A stretch of DNA of 64,000 bases, taken from positions 66,088-130,087 of the forward strand of contig CAZCUD010000010.1 of the NCBI GenBank assembly GCA_964501785.1. The letters are read 5' to 3'. The DNA comes from an uncultured Bifidobacteriaceae bacterium (GTDB lineage: Bacteria > Actinomycetota > Acidimicrobiia > IMCC26256 > PALSA-555). A program made the position numbers and the translations under genes. Of the stretch, positions 20,844 to 29,526 are shown one piece after another. Positions within the stretch are counted from its first letter, which is position 1; every line of letters starts with the position of its first letter. Under the pieces are notes generated by a model that had not been told where the DNA came from, searched no databases, and saw only the letters and a list, made by a program, of their open reading frames with translations.

Positions 20844-21956
20844 GTGCCACGATCCCCGCTCGTGGCGGCCACGGTGCGAGCGGGCGTGTTCCCCGGTGAC
20901 GGGACCTTCGAGGTGCGCGAGCTCCCCGCTCCCGACCCTCCGCCGGGAGGTGGCGTGCTCGCCGTCGAGGCGGTCGGGCTCTGCGGCAGCGACCTCGCGC
21001 AGCTCGACGGAGTGAAGGACGTGCCGGGTCAGCAGTACCCGGTCGTGCCCGGCCACGAGATCGTCGGCCGCATCCTGAAGCTGACGCCGGAGGCGGCGCG
21101 CGAGTGGCGCCTGGAGGAGGGCGACCGCGTCTGCGTCGACGAGATCGTCAAGTGCGGCGGGTGTGCAGGATGTCGGTCGGGGTCGTTCTGCTGGAACATG
21201 CAGCTCTACGGCTACACCATGAGCATCCACGACGGATCCGGGCTCTGGGGTGGATACGGCGAGCAGATGGCACTGCTCCCGGGCACCAACCTGCACAAGG
21301 TGCCCGCGGACATCCCTGCGACCGAGCTCACGATGTTCGAACCGCTCGCGAGCGCGGTGAACTGGACGCAGCGCGTCGGCGTGCAGCTCGGGGACACGGT
21401 GGTCGTGCAGGGTCCCGGGCACCAGGGGCTCGCCTGCGTGATGGCCGCGCGCGCGGCCGGCGCGACCCGGGTCATCGTCACCGGCACGTCGTCGGACGGG
21501 CTGCGATTCGAGGCGGCGCGCGCCCTGGGCGCCGACGAGGTCATCGACGTCGACGCCGAGAGCCCGGTGCAACGGGTCCGCGAGATCACGGGCGGTCAGA
21601 TGGCCGACGTCGTGATGGACGTCGCCGCGGTGACGACCGCGACCGTCCCGCTCGCAGTCGACCTCGCGGCGATGAACGGACGCGTGCTCCTCGCGGGCCT
21701 CAAGCTGCACAAGCCGGTCGAGGGGCTCGTGAGCGACCAGATCGTGCTGAAGTCCTTGACCGTCGTCGGCGGTGCCGGCTTCACGCCGTCATCGATGCGG
21801 GTCGCGGTCGAGCTGCTGGTGACGGGTCGCGTCGACCGTTCGGTGCTCGTCGGCGACGTCGTCACCCTCGACACCCTCGGTGAGGGCCTCGACCTGCTCG
21901 CGCGCCGCATCGAGGGCCGCGACTCGGTGCACGTGAGCCTCGCGCTCACGGCCTGA
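20844..21956 (+). CDS. Zinc-dependent alcohol dehydrogenase (MDR) family protein
   Basis: GLCGSDL, VPGHEIVG, structural-zinc Cys cluster KCGGCAGCRSG, GPGHQGL Rossmann motif. Confidence 0.8.
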   Translation: MPRSPLVAATVRAGVFPGDGTFEVRELPAPDPPPGGGVLAVEAVGLCGSDLAQLDGVKDVPGQQYPVVPGHEIVGRILKLTPEAAREWRLEEGDRVCVDEIVKCGGCAGCRSGSFCWNMQLYGYTMSIHDGSGLWGGYGEQMALLPGTNLHKVPADIPATELTMFEPLASAVNWTQRVGVQLGDTVVVQGPGHQGLACVMAARAAGATRVIVTGTSSDGLRFEAARALGADEVIDVDAESPVQRVREITGGQMADVVMDVAAVTTATVPLAVDLAAMNGRVLLAGLKLHKPVEGLVSDQIVLKSLTVVGGAGFTPSSMRVAVELLVTGRVDRSVLVGDVVTLDTLGEGLDLLARRIEGRDSVHVSLALTA

Positions 21957-21967
21957 CGGAGGATCAG

Positions 21968-22957
21968 ATGAGCTTCTTCGGCCTGCGGTTCGACTTCCGC
22001 AACCCCGACTTCGCCGAGACGTCGATGACCGACCGGTACCGAGCCGCCCTCGACATGTGCGAGTGGGCCGACCGGCTCGGCTTCGTCATCGCCGTGGTCT
22101 CGGAGCATCACGGGTCACCCGACGGGTACCTGCCGAGCCCGCTCCCCATGGCGGCCGCGATCGCGGCTCGCACGGAGAGCATGCGGATCCAGATCGCCGC
22201 CTTGATCGCGCCGTTCCACGACCCGCTCCGGCTCGCGGAGGACGCGGCGGTCGTCGATCGCATCAGTGGGGGGCGGCTCGACCTCATCGTCGCCAACGGC
22301 TACGTGCCGGCGGAGTTCGAGATGTTCGGCGTGGAGCTGAAGGACCGCGCCGGACGCACGACGGAGACGATCGAGGTCCTGCGCCGGGCCTGGACCGGAG
22401 AGGCGTTCGAGCACCGGGGGCGCCGCGCGCGCATCACTCCGTCGCCGCACCAGGAAGGCGGGCCGAAGCTCGTCCTCGGCGGCAGCAGCGAGCCCGCCGC
22501 GCGGCGAGCGGCGCGCATCGCCGACGGGTTCCTCCCCTCGACCCCGGACGTCTGGGACCACTACGTCGACGAGTGCGCGAAGCTCGGCAAGCCCGACCCC
22601 GGCCCGCACATGGGTGGCGACACGTCGACGTTCTTCCTCGCCGAGGACGTCGAAGAGGGCTGGCGAGAGTTCGGACCCTACGCGCTGCACGAGATGAACG
22701 CGTACGGGCAGTGGATGGAGGAGTCGGGCGTCGGTGCGGCGGGGGGCTACGAGCCGACCGCCGACGTCGACGCGCTGCGCGCGACCGGGCAGTACCGCGT
22801 GCTCACGCCCGACGACATGGTGGCCGAGCTCGAGGCCCAAGGGCCGTTCGGCTTCGCGATGCTGCACCCGATGGTCGGCGGTGTGCCTCCGGATCTCGCC
22901 TGGAAGATGCTGAAGCTGTTCGAGGCCGAGGTGCTGCCGCGGGCGCCGAGCGCGTGA
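21968..22957 (+). CDS. LLM-class (luciferase-like) flavin-dependent oxidoreductase
   Basis: ADRLGFVIAVVSEHHGSPDGY, RLAEDAAVVDRISGGRLDLIV, typical of LLM proteins. Confidence 0.8.
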   Translation: MSFFGLRFDFRNPDFAETSMTDRYRAALDMCEWADRLGFVIAVVSEHHGSPDGYLPSPLPMAAAIAARTESMRIQIAALIAPFHDPLRLAEDAAVVDRISGGRLDLIVANGYVPAEFEMFGVELKDRAGRTTETIEVLRRAWTGEAFEHRGRRARITPSPHQEGGPKLVLGGSSEPAARRAARIADGFLPSTPDVWDHYVDECAKLGKPDPGPHMGGDTSTFFLAEDVEEGWREFGPYALHEMNAYGQWMEESGVGAAGGYEPTADVDALRATGQYRVLTPDDMVAELEAQGPFGFAMLHPMVGGVPPDLAWKMLKLFEAEVLPRAPSA

Positions 22958-23409
22958 GCCCCGACCCGCTCGCCGTGCTGGAGGCGATCGAGGCGATCAG
23001 GGCGCTGAAGGCGCGGTACTTCCGGGCCATGGACACCAAGGACTGGGACGCGTTCGCGGCAGTGTTCGCCCCCGACGCGGTCATGGACATGCGCAGCGAG
23101 GTGCCGCCGTCGCCGGACGATCCCGACGCCGGCCTCGTGCGCGGCGACCGCGCGATCGCCGACTTCGTGCGTCGCAACGTCGATCCGGTGGTCACCGTGC
23201 ACCATGGGCACATGCCCGAGATCGACGTCACCTCGGCGACCACGGCGACGGGGATCTGGGCGATGGAGGACCACCTCTGGTGGCCCGAGGGCGCGCCGCT
23301 CTCGACGATGCACGGCTACGGCCACTACCACGAGACGTACGAGCTGGTGGACGGCGAGTGGAAGATCAAGACCCTGACCCTCACGCGCCTCAGGATCGAC
23401 GTCCGCTGA
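22954..23409 (+). CDS. SnoaL-like / NTF2-fold protein
   Basis: The GTG at 22954 overlaps the LLM stop (GTGA). ALKARYFRAMDTKDWDAFAAVFAPDAV and GYGHYHETYELVDGEWKI fit the SnoaL_4 pattern. Confidence 0.7.
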   Translation: MSPDPLAVLEAIEAIRALKARYFRAMDTKDWDAFAAVFAPDAVMDMRSEVPPSPDDPDAGLVRGDRAIADFVRRNVDPVVTVHHGHMPEIDVTSATTATGIWAMEDHLWWPEGAPLSTMHGYGHYHETYELVDGEWKIKTLTLTRLRIDVR

Positions 23410-23418
23410 GACCGTTCT

Positions 23419-23457
23419 GGCGTCAGGAGACCCGCGAGAGGCGGGTCTGCTGACGCC
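23419..23457. terminator. Bidirectional stem-loop between convergent genes
   Basis: GGCGTCAGGAGACCCGC (23419-23435) and GCGGGTCTGCTGACGCC (23441-23457) pair at 16 of 17 positions around a 5-nt loop. The hairpin sits between stops at 23409 (+) and 23470 (-). Confidence 0.55.
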
Positions 23458-23469
23458 GAAACGATGGGT

Positions 23470-24696
23470 TCAGGCGGTGATGCCGAAGCGCTCGAGGCCG
23501 TACGCGGTGACCGCGTTGCCTCGGATGACCGCGTGGCACTCGTGGGCGTTCATCCCGGCAGCGTGGAACAGCTCGCGGGCGACCTTGCGCGAGTGCGGGA
23601 ACGTGCCGTCGGAGTGCGGGAAGTCGGTCTCGAAGAGGATCTGCTCGAGGCCGACGTCGTCACGGCACTTCAGGCCCACCAGGTCGTCGAACACGCAGCC
23701 GTACACCCGGCCCCGGGCCTGCTCGCTCGGTGCGGTGGGAAGGTCCACGCCGCCGACGCCGTCGCGCCACACGCTGTCCATGCGCTCGAGCTGGAACGGC
23801 ATCCAGCCGACCTGGCTCTCGGCGTAGGTGATCTTGATCTCGTGGAAGCGCGCCAGCGTGCCGGAGAACACCCAGTCGCACAACGAGCCCTGCGCGTTCT
23901 GCGCGTACAGCGACATCGACGTGGCCAGCGGCGCGTCGGGCGCGGTGCTCGGCATCTTCGACGACGAGCCGATGTGCATCGACACCGTGGTGTCGGTCTC
24001 CTCGCACGCCGTCCACAGCGGGTCCCAGGCGCCGGAGTAGAGCGACGGCAGCCCGAGCGCCGCCGGGTTCTCCGTGAACGCGATCGCATAGCTGCCCTTG
24101 GCGGCGCAGCGCCGGACCTCGTCAGCGGCCAGCTGCGGGTCCCAGAGCGGCACGAGCGTGAGCGGGACGAGTCGCCCGCGGCCGGCCCCCGCCGACCACT
24201 CGTCGATCATCCAGTCGTTGTAGATGCGCAAGCAGGCGAGTGAGAGCTCCTTGTCGTCGCGCTCGAGGAACCCCTGGCCGGCGAACCGCGGGAAGATGTT
24301 GGGGAAGTTGATCGCGGCCTCGACGTGGTTCGTGTCCATGTCGGCGAGGCGCGCCGCCTGGTCGTACGCGCCTGGCCGGAAGTCCTCGTAGACCGCGGGG
24401 ACGTTGCGCTGCTCGCTGCGAGGGGTGCCGGCGGGAGCGTGCAGGAAGCCGGTGGGCACGACCAGGTCGTCGAAGAGCCAGAGGTCGCACCAGTCGCCGT
24501 CCTCGGCGCCGCGCTCGAACCCGTAGTGACCGCCCTCGAAGACGAGCTTCACCTTCTCGCGCGACGTGCGCGGCCCCCGGTCCCGCACGCTCTCGGGCAG
24601 CTCGCGCTGCCAGAGGTCCTTCGGCTCGAGGACGTGGTCGTCGACCGAGATGATGAGGGGGAGGTCTGCTTCGGCGGGAGTGACGTCTGCTGCCAT
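23470..24696 (-). CDS. Amidohydrolase_2 family protein (metal-dependent hydrolase/decarboxylase fold)
   Basis: ISVDDHVLEP N-terminal metal motif and C-terminal ETDFPHSDG. 408 aa. Confidence 0.85.
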   Translation of the reverse strand: MAADVTPAEADLPLIISVDDHVLEPKDLWQRELPESVRDRGPRTSREKVKLVFEGGHYGFERGAEDGDWCDLWLFDDLVVPTGFLHAPAGTPRSEQRNVPAVYEDFRPGAYDQAARLADMDTNHVEAAINFPNIFPRFAGQGFLERDDKELSLACLRIYNDWMIDEWSAGAGRGRLVPLTLVPLWDPQLAADEVRRCAAKGSYAIAFTENPAALGLPSLYSGAWDPLWTACEETDTTVSMHIGSSSKMPSTAPDAPLATSMSLYAQNAQGSLCDWVFSGTLARFHEIKITYAESQVGWMPFQLERMDSVWRDGVGGVDLPTAPSEQARGRVYGCVFDDLVGLKCRDDVGLEQILFETDFPHSDGTFPHSRKVARELFHAAGMNAHECHAVIRGNAVTAYGLERFGITA

Positions 24697-24706
24697 GTCC
24701 TCAATC

Positions 24707-25510
24707 CTACGAACCCTGCTTCGAGCCCGTCGTACGGTCCCGATACGCGGCCATGTGCTCGATCACGTCGGGTGCCCGGCTGGCGAGCGTCTGGTTGCGG
24801 TTCTCGAGCGCGATGGCCGCGGCCATGCTCGGGTTGTCGACGTTGTGCCAGAGCACCTCCTTGGTGTTGAGGAGCCCGGTGCGCGTGTAGCCGGCCATGG
24901 TGCGGGCCGTGCCCAGTGCCGTCTCGAGGAGCTCGTCGTCCGCGACGACCCGCGAGACGATGCCCAACGAGAGGGCCTCGTCGGCGTCGACCTCCCGCCC
25001 CGTGAAGATCAGGTCCGCGGCACGGGATGCGCCGATGAGGCGGGGCAGCAGGTAGGTGATGCCGATGTCGGTGCCCGTGAGCCCGGTGCGGATGAACGCG
25101 GAGCAGAAGCGGGCCGACCGGGCGGCGAACCGGAGGTCGCTGGCGCACGCCAGCGCGAAGCCGCCCCCGAACGCCGGCCCGTTGACGGCTGCGATCACGA
25201 CCTGTGGCGTCTGGCGCAGGTGCACGGTCAGGTTCGAGATGAACGCCTGGCCGTCGACGTTCGCGTGGACGTGCGGGTGCTCGCCCGCCGCGGGCGGCGT
25301 TCCCCAGTCCTTCAGGTCGAGGCCGGCGCAGAAGCCGCGGCCGGCACCGGTGAGCACCACGACCCGGCACTCCGGATCGCCGCCGATCTCGTCGAGGGCG
25401 TCGTGGAGCTCGGCGACGAGCCCGAAGCTCATCGCGTTGAGCCGATCGGGTCGGTCGAGGGTGAGCACGGCGATGCCGTGCTCGATCCGCTCCAGGCTGA
25501 CGTCAGGCAT
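24707..25510 (-). CDS. Enoyl-CoA hydratase/isomerase family protein
   Basis: VVVLTGAGRGFCAGLDL and AAVNGPAFGGGFALACASDLRFAA. Confidence 0.85.
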   Translation of the reverse strand: MPDVSLERIEHGIAVLTLDRPDRLNAMSFGLVAELHDALDEIGGDPECRVVVLTGAGRGFCAGLDLKDWGTPPAAGEHPHVHANVDGQAFISNLTVHLRQTPQVVIAAVNGPAFGGGFALACASDLRFAARSARFCSAFIRTGLTGTDIGITYLLPRLIGASRAADLIFTGREVDADEALSLGIVSRVVADDELLETALGTARTMAGYTRTGLLNTKEVLWHNVDNPSMAAAIALENRNQTLASRAPDVIEHMAAYRDRTTGSKQGS

Positions 25511-25522
25511 CGGGTCTCCCGC

Positions 25523-26293
25523 TCAGTGGGGGACGAGACCGCCGTCGGCGATCAGCACCTGCCCCGTCACGAAGCTCGCGGCGTCGGACGCCAGGAACAG
25601 GGCGGGGCCGATCATCTCGTCGGGATGGGCCGTCCGGTTCATGTGCGAGGCCTGCGCCATGCGCGCCTGCGCCTCCTCGCTGTTGGCCCGCATCATGTCC
25701 GTGTCGATGGAGCCCGGTGCGAGCGCGTTCACCCGGATGCCCTTCGGCGCGAGGTCGGCGGCCCACGCGCGCGTGTACGACATCAGTGCCGCCTTCGCCG
25801 CGGCATAGGTCGCGGTGAAGGACGAGTAGAGGAACGCACCTGCGGAGATGACGTTGACGATCGACGCGGCAGGGCTCGCCTCGAGGTGGGGGATCGATGC
25901 CTCGACCAGGAACACCGGACCGCGCAGGTTGACGTCCATCGACTTCGTGTACGCCTCGGGCGTGAACGCGCCGATGTCCTCGCGCAGCGCGGTCGCGGCG
26001 TTGTTGACGACGATGTCGAGCCGGCCGAACCGGTCGAGCGTCGTGTCGACCAGCGCGCGGATCGCGTCGAGGTCGCCCATGTGGGTGGGGACGCCGATCG
26101 CCTCGCCACCCGCGGCGCGCAGCGCTGCCTCGGCGTCGGCGCACGAGTCGGCCTTGCGGCTCGCGACCGCCACCTTGGCGCCCGCGGCCACGAAGCCTTC
26201 GGCGATCGAGCGGCCGATGCCTCGCGTGCCACCGGTGACGATCGCCACGCGGTCCGTGAGGTCGAACAGCTGCTCCAGCCCGGCTCGGTCCAC
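25523..26293 (-). CDS. SDR family oxidoreductase
   Basis: VAIVTGGTRGIG, NNAA, YAAAKAALMS. The GTG start at 26293 is only 20 bp from the divergent TetR ATG. Confidence 0.85.
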   Translation of the reverse strand: MDRAGLEQLFDLTDRVAIVTGGTRGIGRSIAEGFVAAGAKVAVASRKADSCADAEAALRAAGGEAIGVPTHMGDLDAIRALVDTTLDRFGRLDIVVNNAATALREDIGAFTPEAYTKSMDVNLRGPVFLVEASIPHLEASPAASIVNVISAGAFLYSSFTATYAAAKAALMSYTRAWAADLAPKGIRVNALAPGSIDTDMMRANSEEAQARMAQASHMNRTAHPDEMIGPALFLASDAASFVTGQVLIADGGLVPH

Positions 26294-26300
26294 GGCGGTA

Positions 26301-26317
26301 CCATAACAACGTTATGG
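26301..26317. promoter_or_regulatory. Candidate TetR operator, copy 1 (CCATAACAACGTTATGG)
   Basis: 7-bp inverted arms CCATAAC/GTTATGG. The site overlaps the TetR ATG (26314). Its exact reverse complement recurs at 29481-29497. Confidence 0.55.
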
Positions 26318-26853
26318 AGACGCGTGACCAGCTCCTCGAGCTGGCGACCGATCGCTTCGTCCGCGACGGCTACGCCCGCACGTCGGTGCGGGAGCTGGCG
26401 CGCGAGACCGACCGCACGACCGGCTCGCTCTACGGGCACTTCCGCAACAAGGCCGACCTCCTGGCCGAGGTGATCGCGGCGCGCATCGCCGACCTGGAGA
26501 GCTCGTTCCCGTCCGGCGTCTCGCTCGTCGACGGCCTGGCCGAGCAGTGGCAGCGTCATCCCGATCGCCACGCGCTGCGAGCGCTGCTCCTCGAGGGAGC
26601 GGTCGCCGCCCGTCACGACGGTGAGATCCGCGACCGTCTCGGCCCACCGCAGGCGGCCACGATCGTCGAGTGGGCCGACCGCGTCCGTGACCACGCGGCC
26701 GAGATCGACCTCGACCCCGACCTCGACCTCGAGGTGCTGTTCACGCTGTTCTGGGCACTGGAGCTGGGCCTCGGCGTCCTCGAGGCCTACGGCGTCGAGC
26801 TGCCCGACCCCGAGGTGTCGGCGCCGATGATCGCTCGGCTCGCGTCGTCGTAG
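26314..26853 (+). CDS. TetR/AcrR family transcriptional regulator
   Basis: N-terminal HTH TSVRELARETDRTTGSLYGHFRNKADLL. 179 aa. Divergent from the SDR/crotonase/amidohydrolase genes. Confidence 0.85.
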   Translation: METRDQLLELATDRFVRDGYARTSVRELARETDRTTGSLYGHFRNKADLLAEVIAARIADLESSFPSGVSLVDGLAEQWQRHPDRHALRALLLEGAVAARHDGEIRDRLGPPQAATIVEWADRVRDHAAEIDLDPDLDLEVLFTLFWALELGLGVLEAYGVELPDPEVSAPMIARLASS

Positions 26854-26865
26854 CCCGCCGCGCGC

Positions 26866-28158
26866 TCAGGCGATCGGCACCTCGACGGCCTCCACCCCCG
26901 TGATCCAGGGCCGGCCGGCCCGCCGCACGTCGGCCCACTTGTCGAGACGACCGTCGCCGTCCTGGCCCGCCTGCCCCAGCTCCTCGGGCGTCGGACCGAT
27001 GCGGGCCGCCACGGGAGCCAGGGCCTCGGCGTCGAAGCCGTAGACCGCGGCGGCGTTCGTGCCGAGGATGGCCTGCGTCTCGTCGACGGGGATGTCGTGG
27101 AACGCGCCGCGCAGCCACTCCTTGGTGTGCGGCCACGTCCCCTCGGGGTGCGGGAAGTCGTTGCCCCACATGATGTTGCCCACGCCGATCTCGTAGCGCC
27201 GGGCGAGCTCACGTCGTCGGGTGTTCGACGCGCCGATCGAGCAGTTGCGGTCGAAGTACTCGCTCGGCCGCATGCTCAGGTGCGCCGTCAGCTCCTTGCC
27301 GAGCTTCTTCGCGGCGTGCTCGCGGTCGTAGACGAGGTCCGAGGTCCACAGGAGGTCGGGAGCCCAGAACGCGCCGCACTCGGTGACGACGAACTTCAGG
27401 CGCGGGAACTGCTCGAACTTGCCGGACCACAGCAGGAACCACAGCGGTCGCGTCGACCACCAGCGGACCTCGCTGACGTACATGCCGACGAACTCGCCGT
27501 ACGACTCCTTGTCGGCCGCACCCGAGTGCACGTGCACCGGGAGCCCGAGGTCCTGGCAGGCGGCCCACACGGGGTCGTAGCGAGGATCGTGGTACGGCGC
27601 GTAGGGCTGCCACATCGAAGGGATGAGGATGCCGCCCCGCAGGCCCGCGTCCGCGGCCCACTGGATCTCGGCGACGGCGGCGTCGACGTCGTGCAGGATC
27701 GGCATGATGGCGACGCCGGCCCTCCGCGCCGGGCTCTCGGCGCAGAGCTCGGCGAGCCAGCGGTTGTGGGCACGCGCGCCGGCCAGCAGGAGCTCGGGGT
27801 CCCGGTCACCACCCTGGCCCAACCCGGCACCGAACGGCGCCGAGGCTCCCGAGGTGACGGCGTCCGCGTCGGGGAAGATCACCTCGCCGGCGACGCCGTC
27901 CGCGTCGAGCTCCTTGTCGCGCCGCGCGGCATCCCACCCGCCGCGCAGCCCTTCCTCGTTCTCGCGCTCCCACTCCTCCGCGAACTCCTCGTTGCGCAGG
28001 CCGCGGCTGCGCAGCTCCTGCTCGATCGCGGCGCGCGCCACCTGCTCCTCGTCGAACGCGGCGTGGTACTTCGAGTCGAGCCAGTCGCGGTACTGGAGGT
28101 TCGGCAGACCGGCATGGCAGTCCGACGAGATGATCAGGTAGCGCTCCAGGTCGCTCAT
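26866..28158 (-). CDS. Amidohydrolase_2 family protein
   Basis: IISSDCHAG N-terminal motif and WGNDFPHPEGTWP C-terminal motif. 430 aa. Confidence 0.85.
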   Translation of the reverse strand: MSDLERYLIISSDCHAGLPNLQYRDWLDSKYHAAFDEEQVARAAIEQELRSRGLRNEEFAEEWERENEEGLRGGWDAARRDKELDADGVAGEVIFPDADAVTSGASAPFGAGLGQGGDRDPELLLAGARAHNRWLAELCAESPARRAGVAIMPILHDVDAAVAEIQWAADAGLRGGILIPSMWQPYAPYHDPRYDPVWAACQDLGLPVHVHSGAADKESYGEFVGMYVSEVRWWSTRPLWFLLWSGKFEQFPRLKFVVTECGAFWAPDLLWTSDLVYDREHAAKKLGKELTAHLSMRPSEYFDRNCSIGASNTRRRELARRYEIGVGNIMWGNDFPHPEGTWPHTKEWLRGAFHDIPVDETQAILGTNAAAVYGFDAEALAPVAARIGPTPEELGQAGQDGDGRLDKWADVRRAGRPWITGVEAVEVPIA

Positions 28159-28189
28159 CCGGCGATGCTCCTCGTCGTCCGTCGGTCGG

Positions 28190-29440
28190 TCAGTTCGTGT
28201 TGGAGATCCCCGCGAACGCGGGGCACTTGCGCGCTTCGTCCGGGATGTCCTCGGCAGCGATGGGGTCGGCGATGTCGGCGACCCTGGGGCCGACGCGCGC
28301 GGCGATCGGTGCCAGGGCCTCGAGGTCGAAGCCGTAGAGCTCGGCCGCGTTGGCGCCGATCATCTGCTGCACCTCGGACTCCGGCACGCCGGCGAACGAG
28401 AGGCGGAGCGCTTCCAGCGAGTACGGGTAGCTCGACTCCTTGTGCGGGTAGTCGCTGCCCCACATGATCTTGTCGAGGCCGACGACGTCGCGCAGCGGGA
28501 CCTCCGCGGGGCGGATGAAGCTCGCACCCACGTGGCACTGCCGCGCCCAGTACTCGCTGGGCTTCAGCGAGAGGTCCGCGACGACGCTCCCACCCCATTC
28601 GACCTCCTGCGAGCCCGTCGCCGAGCGCATCCGCTCGGCGAAGTAGTCGAGCCGCAGCAGCTCCTCGGGGATCCACGCGGTGCCCTGCTCCGTCAGGACG
28701 AGCTGCATCTCGGGGTGGCGCTCGAGCACACCACCGAACACGAGGTGCGAGAACGCGCGATGGGCCCACCACGTCACCTCGAGCAGGAACACCACCTTGT
28801 CGACGGCGGTGTCGTCCATCGGCGGGACCGCGCTGCCCGAGTGGTGGTTGACGGGCATGCCGAGCTCTTCGCACACCTGCCAGATCGGTTCGTAGGCGGG
28901 CGAGTACAGCGGCGGGAGCCCCGTCCCGGGAGGCGCGCCGGGGAGCAGCACCCCACCCGTGAGGCCTGCGTCGCGCGCCCAGCGGATCTCGGCGACCGCG
29001 GCGTCGACGTCGGCGAGGAGGATCTGCGCGACGCCGGCCCGGCGTCCCGGGGTCGCGGCGCAGAAGTCGGCCAGCCAGCGGTTGTGGGCCCGCAGCCCCG
29101 CCCAGCGCAGCTCCAGCTCTCGCGCGTCCTCGGTCGGGGGGTGCGCGGTCAGAGACGTCTTGGGGTAGAAGGGCGGGATCGTGTTCGGGAACAGCACCTC
29201 GGCGACGATCCCGTCGTCCTCCATCTCGGCGAGCCGACGGTCGCTGTCCCAGTTGCGGCTGGCCCCCGGTCCCTCGAGGTCGGGGTACGGGCAGACGTAG
29301 CCCTCGAGCCACCGGTCGAAGTCGTCGAGGTGCCGGGCCTCGAGGTAGTCGCGGTAGGCGTGGATCTCGTTGCCGGCGTGGCCGTCGGCCGAGACGACGA
29401 CGTAGCGGTCGCCGGCCGCCGCGTGCTCGATCGTGCTCAC
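28190..29440 (-). CDS. Amidohydrolase_2 family protein
   Basis: VVSADGHAG and WGSDYPHKESSYP. Paralogous to 26866..28158. GTG start. Confidence 0.85.
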   Translation of the reverse strand: MSTIEHAAAGDRYVVVSADGHAGNEIHAYRDYLEARHLDDFDRWLEGYVCPYPDLEGPGASRNWDSDRRLAEMEDDGIVAEVLFPNTIPPFYPKTSLTAHPPTEDARELELRWAGLRAHNRWLADFCAATPGRRAGVAQILLADVDAAVAEIRWARDAGLTGGVLLPGAPPGTGLPPLYSPAYEPIWQVCEELGMPVNHHSGSAVPPMDDTAVDKVVFLLEVTWWAHRAFSHLVFGGVLERHPEMQLVLTEQGTAWIPEELLRLDYFAERMRSATGSQEVEWGGSVVADLSLKPSEYWARQCHVGASFIRPAEVPLRDVVGLDKIMWGSDYPHKESSYPYSLEALRLSFAGVPESEVQQMIGANAAELYGFDLEALAPIAARVGPRVADIADPIAAEDIPDEARKCPAFAGISNTN

Positions 29441-29480
29441 CGTGGTCCCCCCGGCGCCGCTCCGACCGTCAAGGCCTGGT

Positions 29481-29497
29481 CCATAACGTTGTTATGG
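29481..29497. promoter_or_regulatory. Candidate TetR operator, copy 2 (CCATAACGTTGTTATGG)
   Basis: Reverse complement of the 26301-26317 site (18 nt identical when one flanking base is included). It lies 41 nt upstream of the 28190..29440 start. Confidence 0.55.
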
Positions 29498-29526
29498 CGT
29501 CAGGCTCGCGCGCGGCTCCGCCCGGG

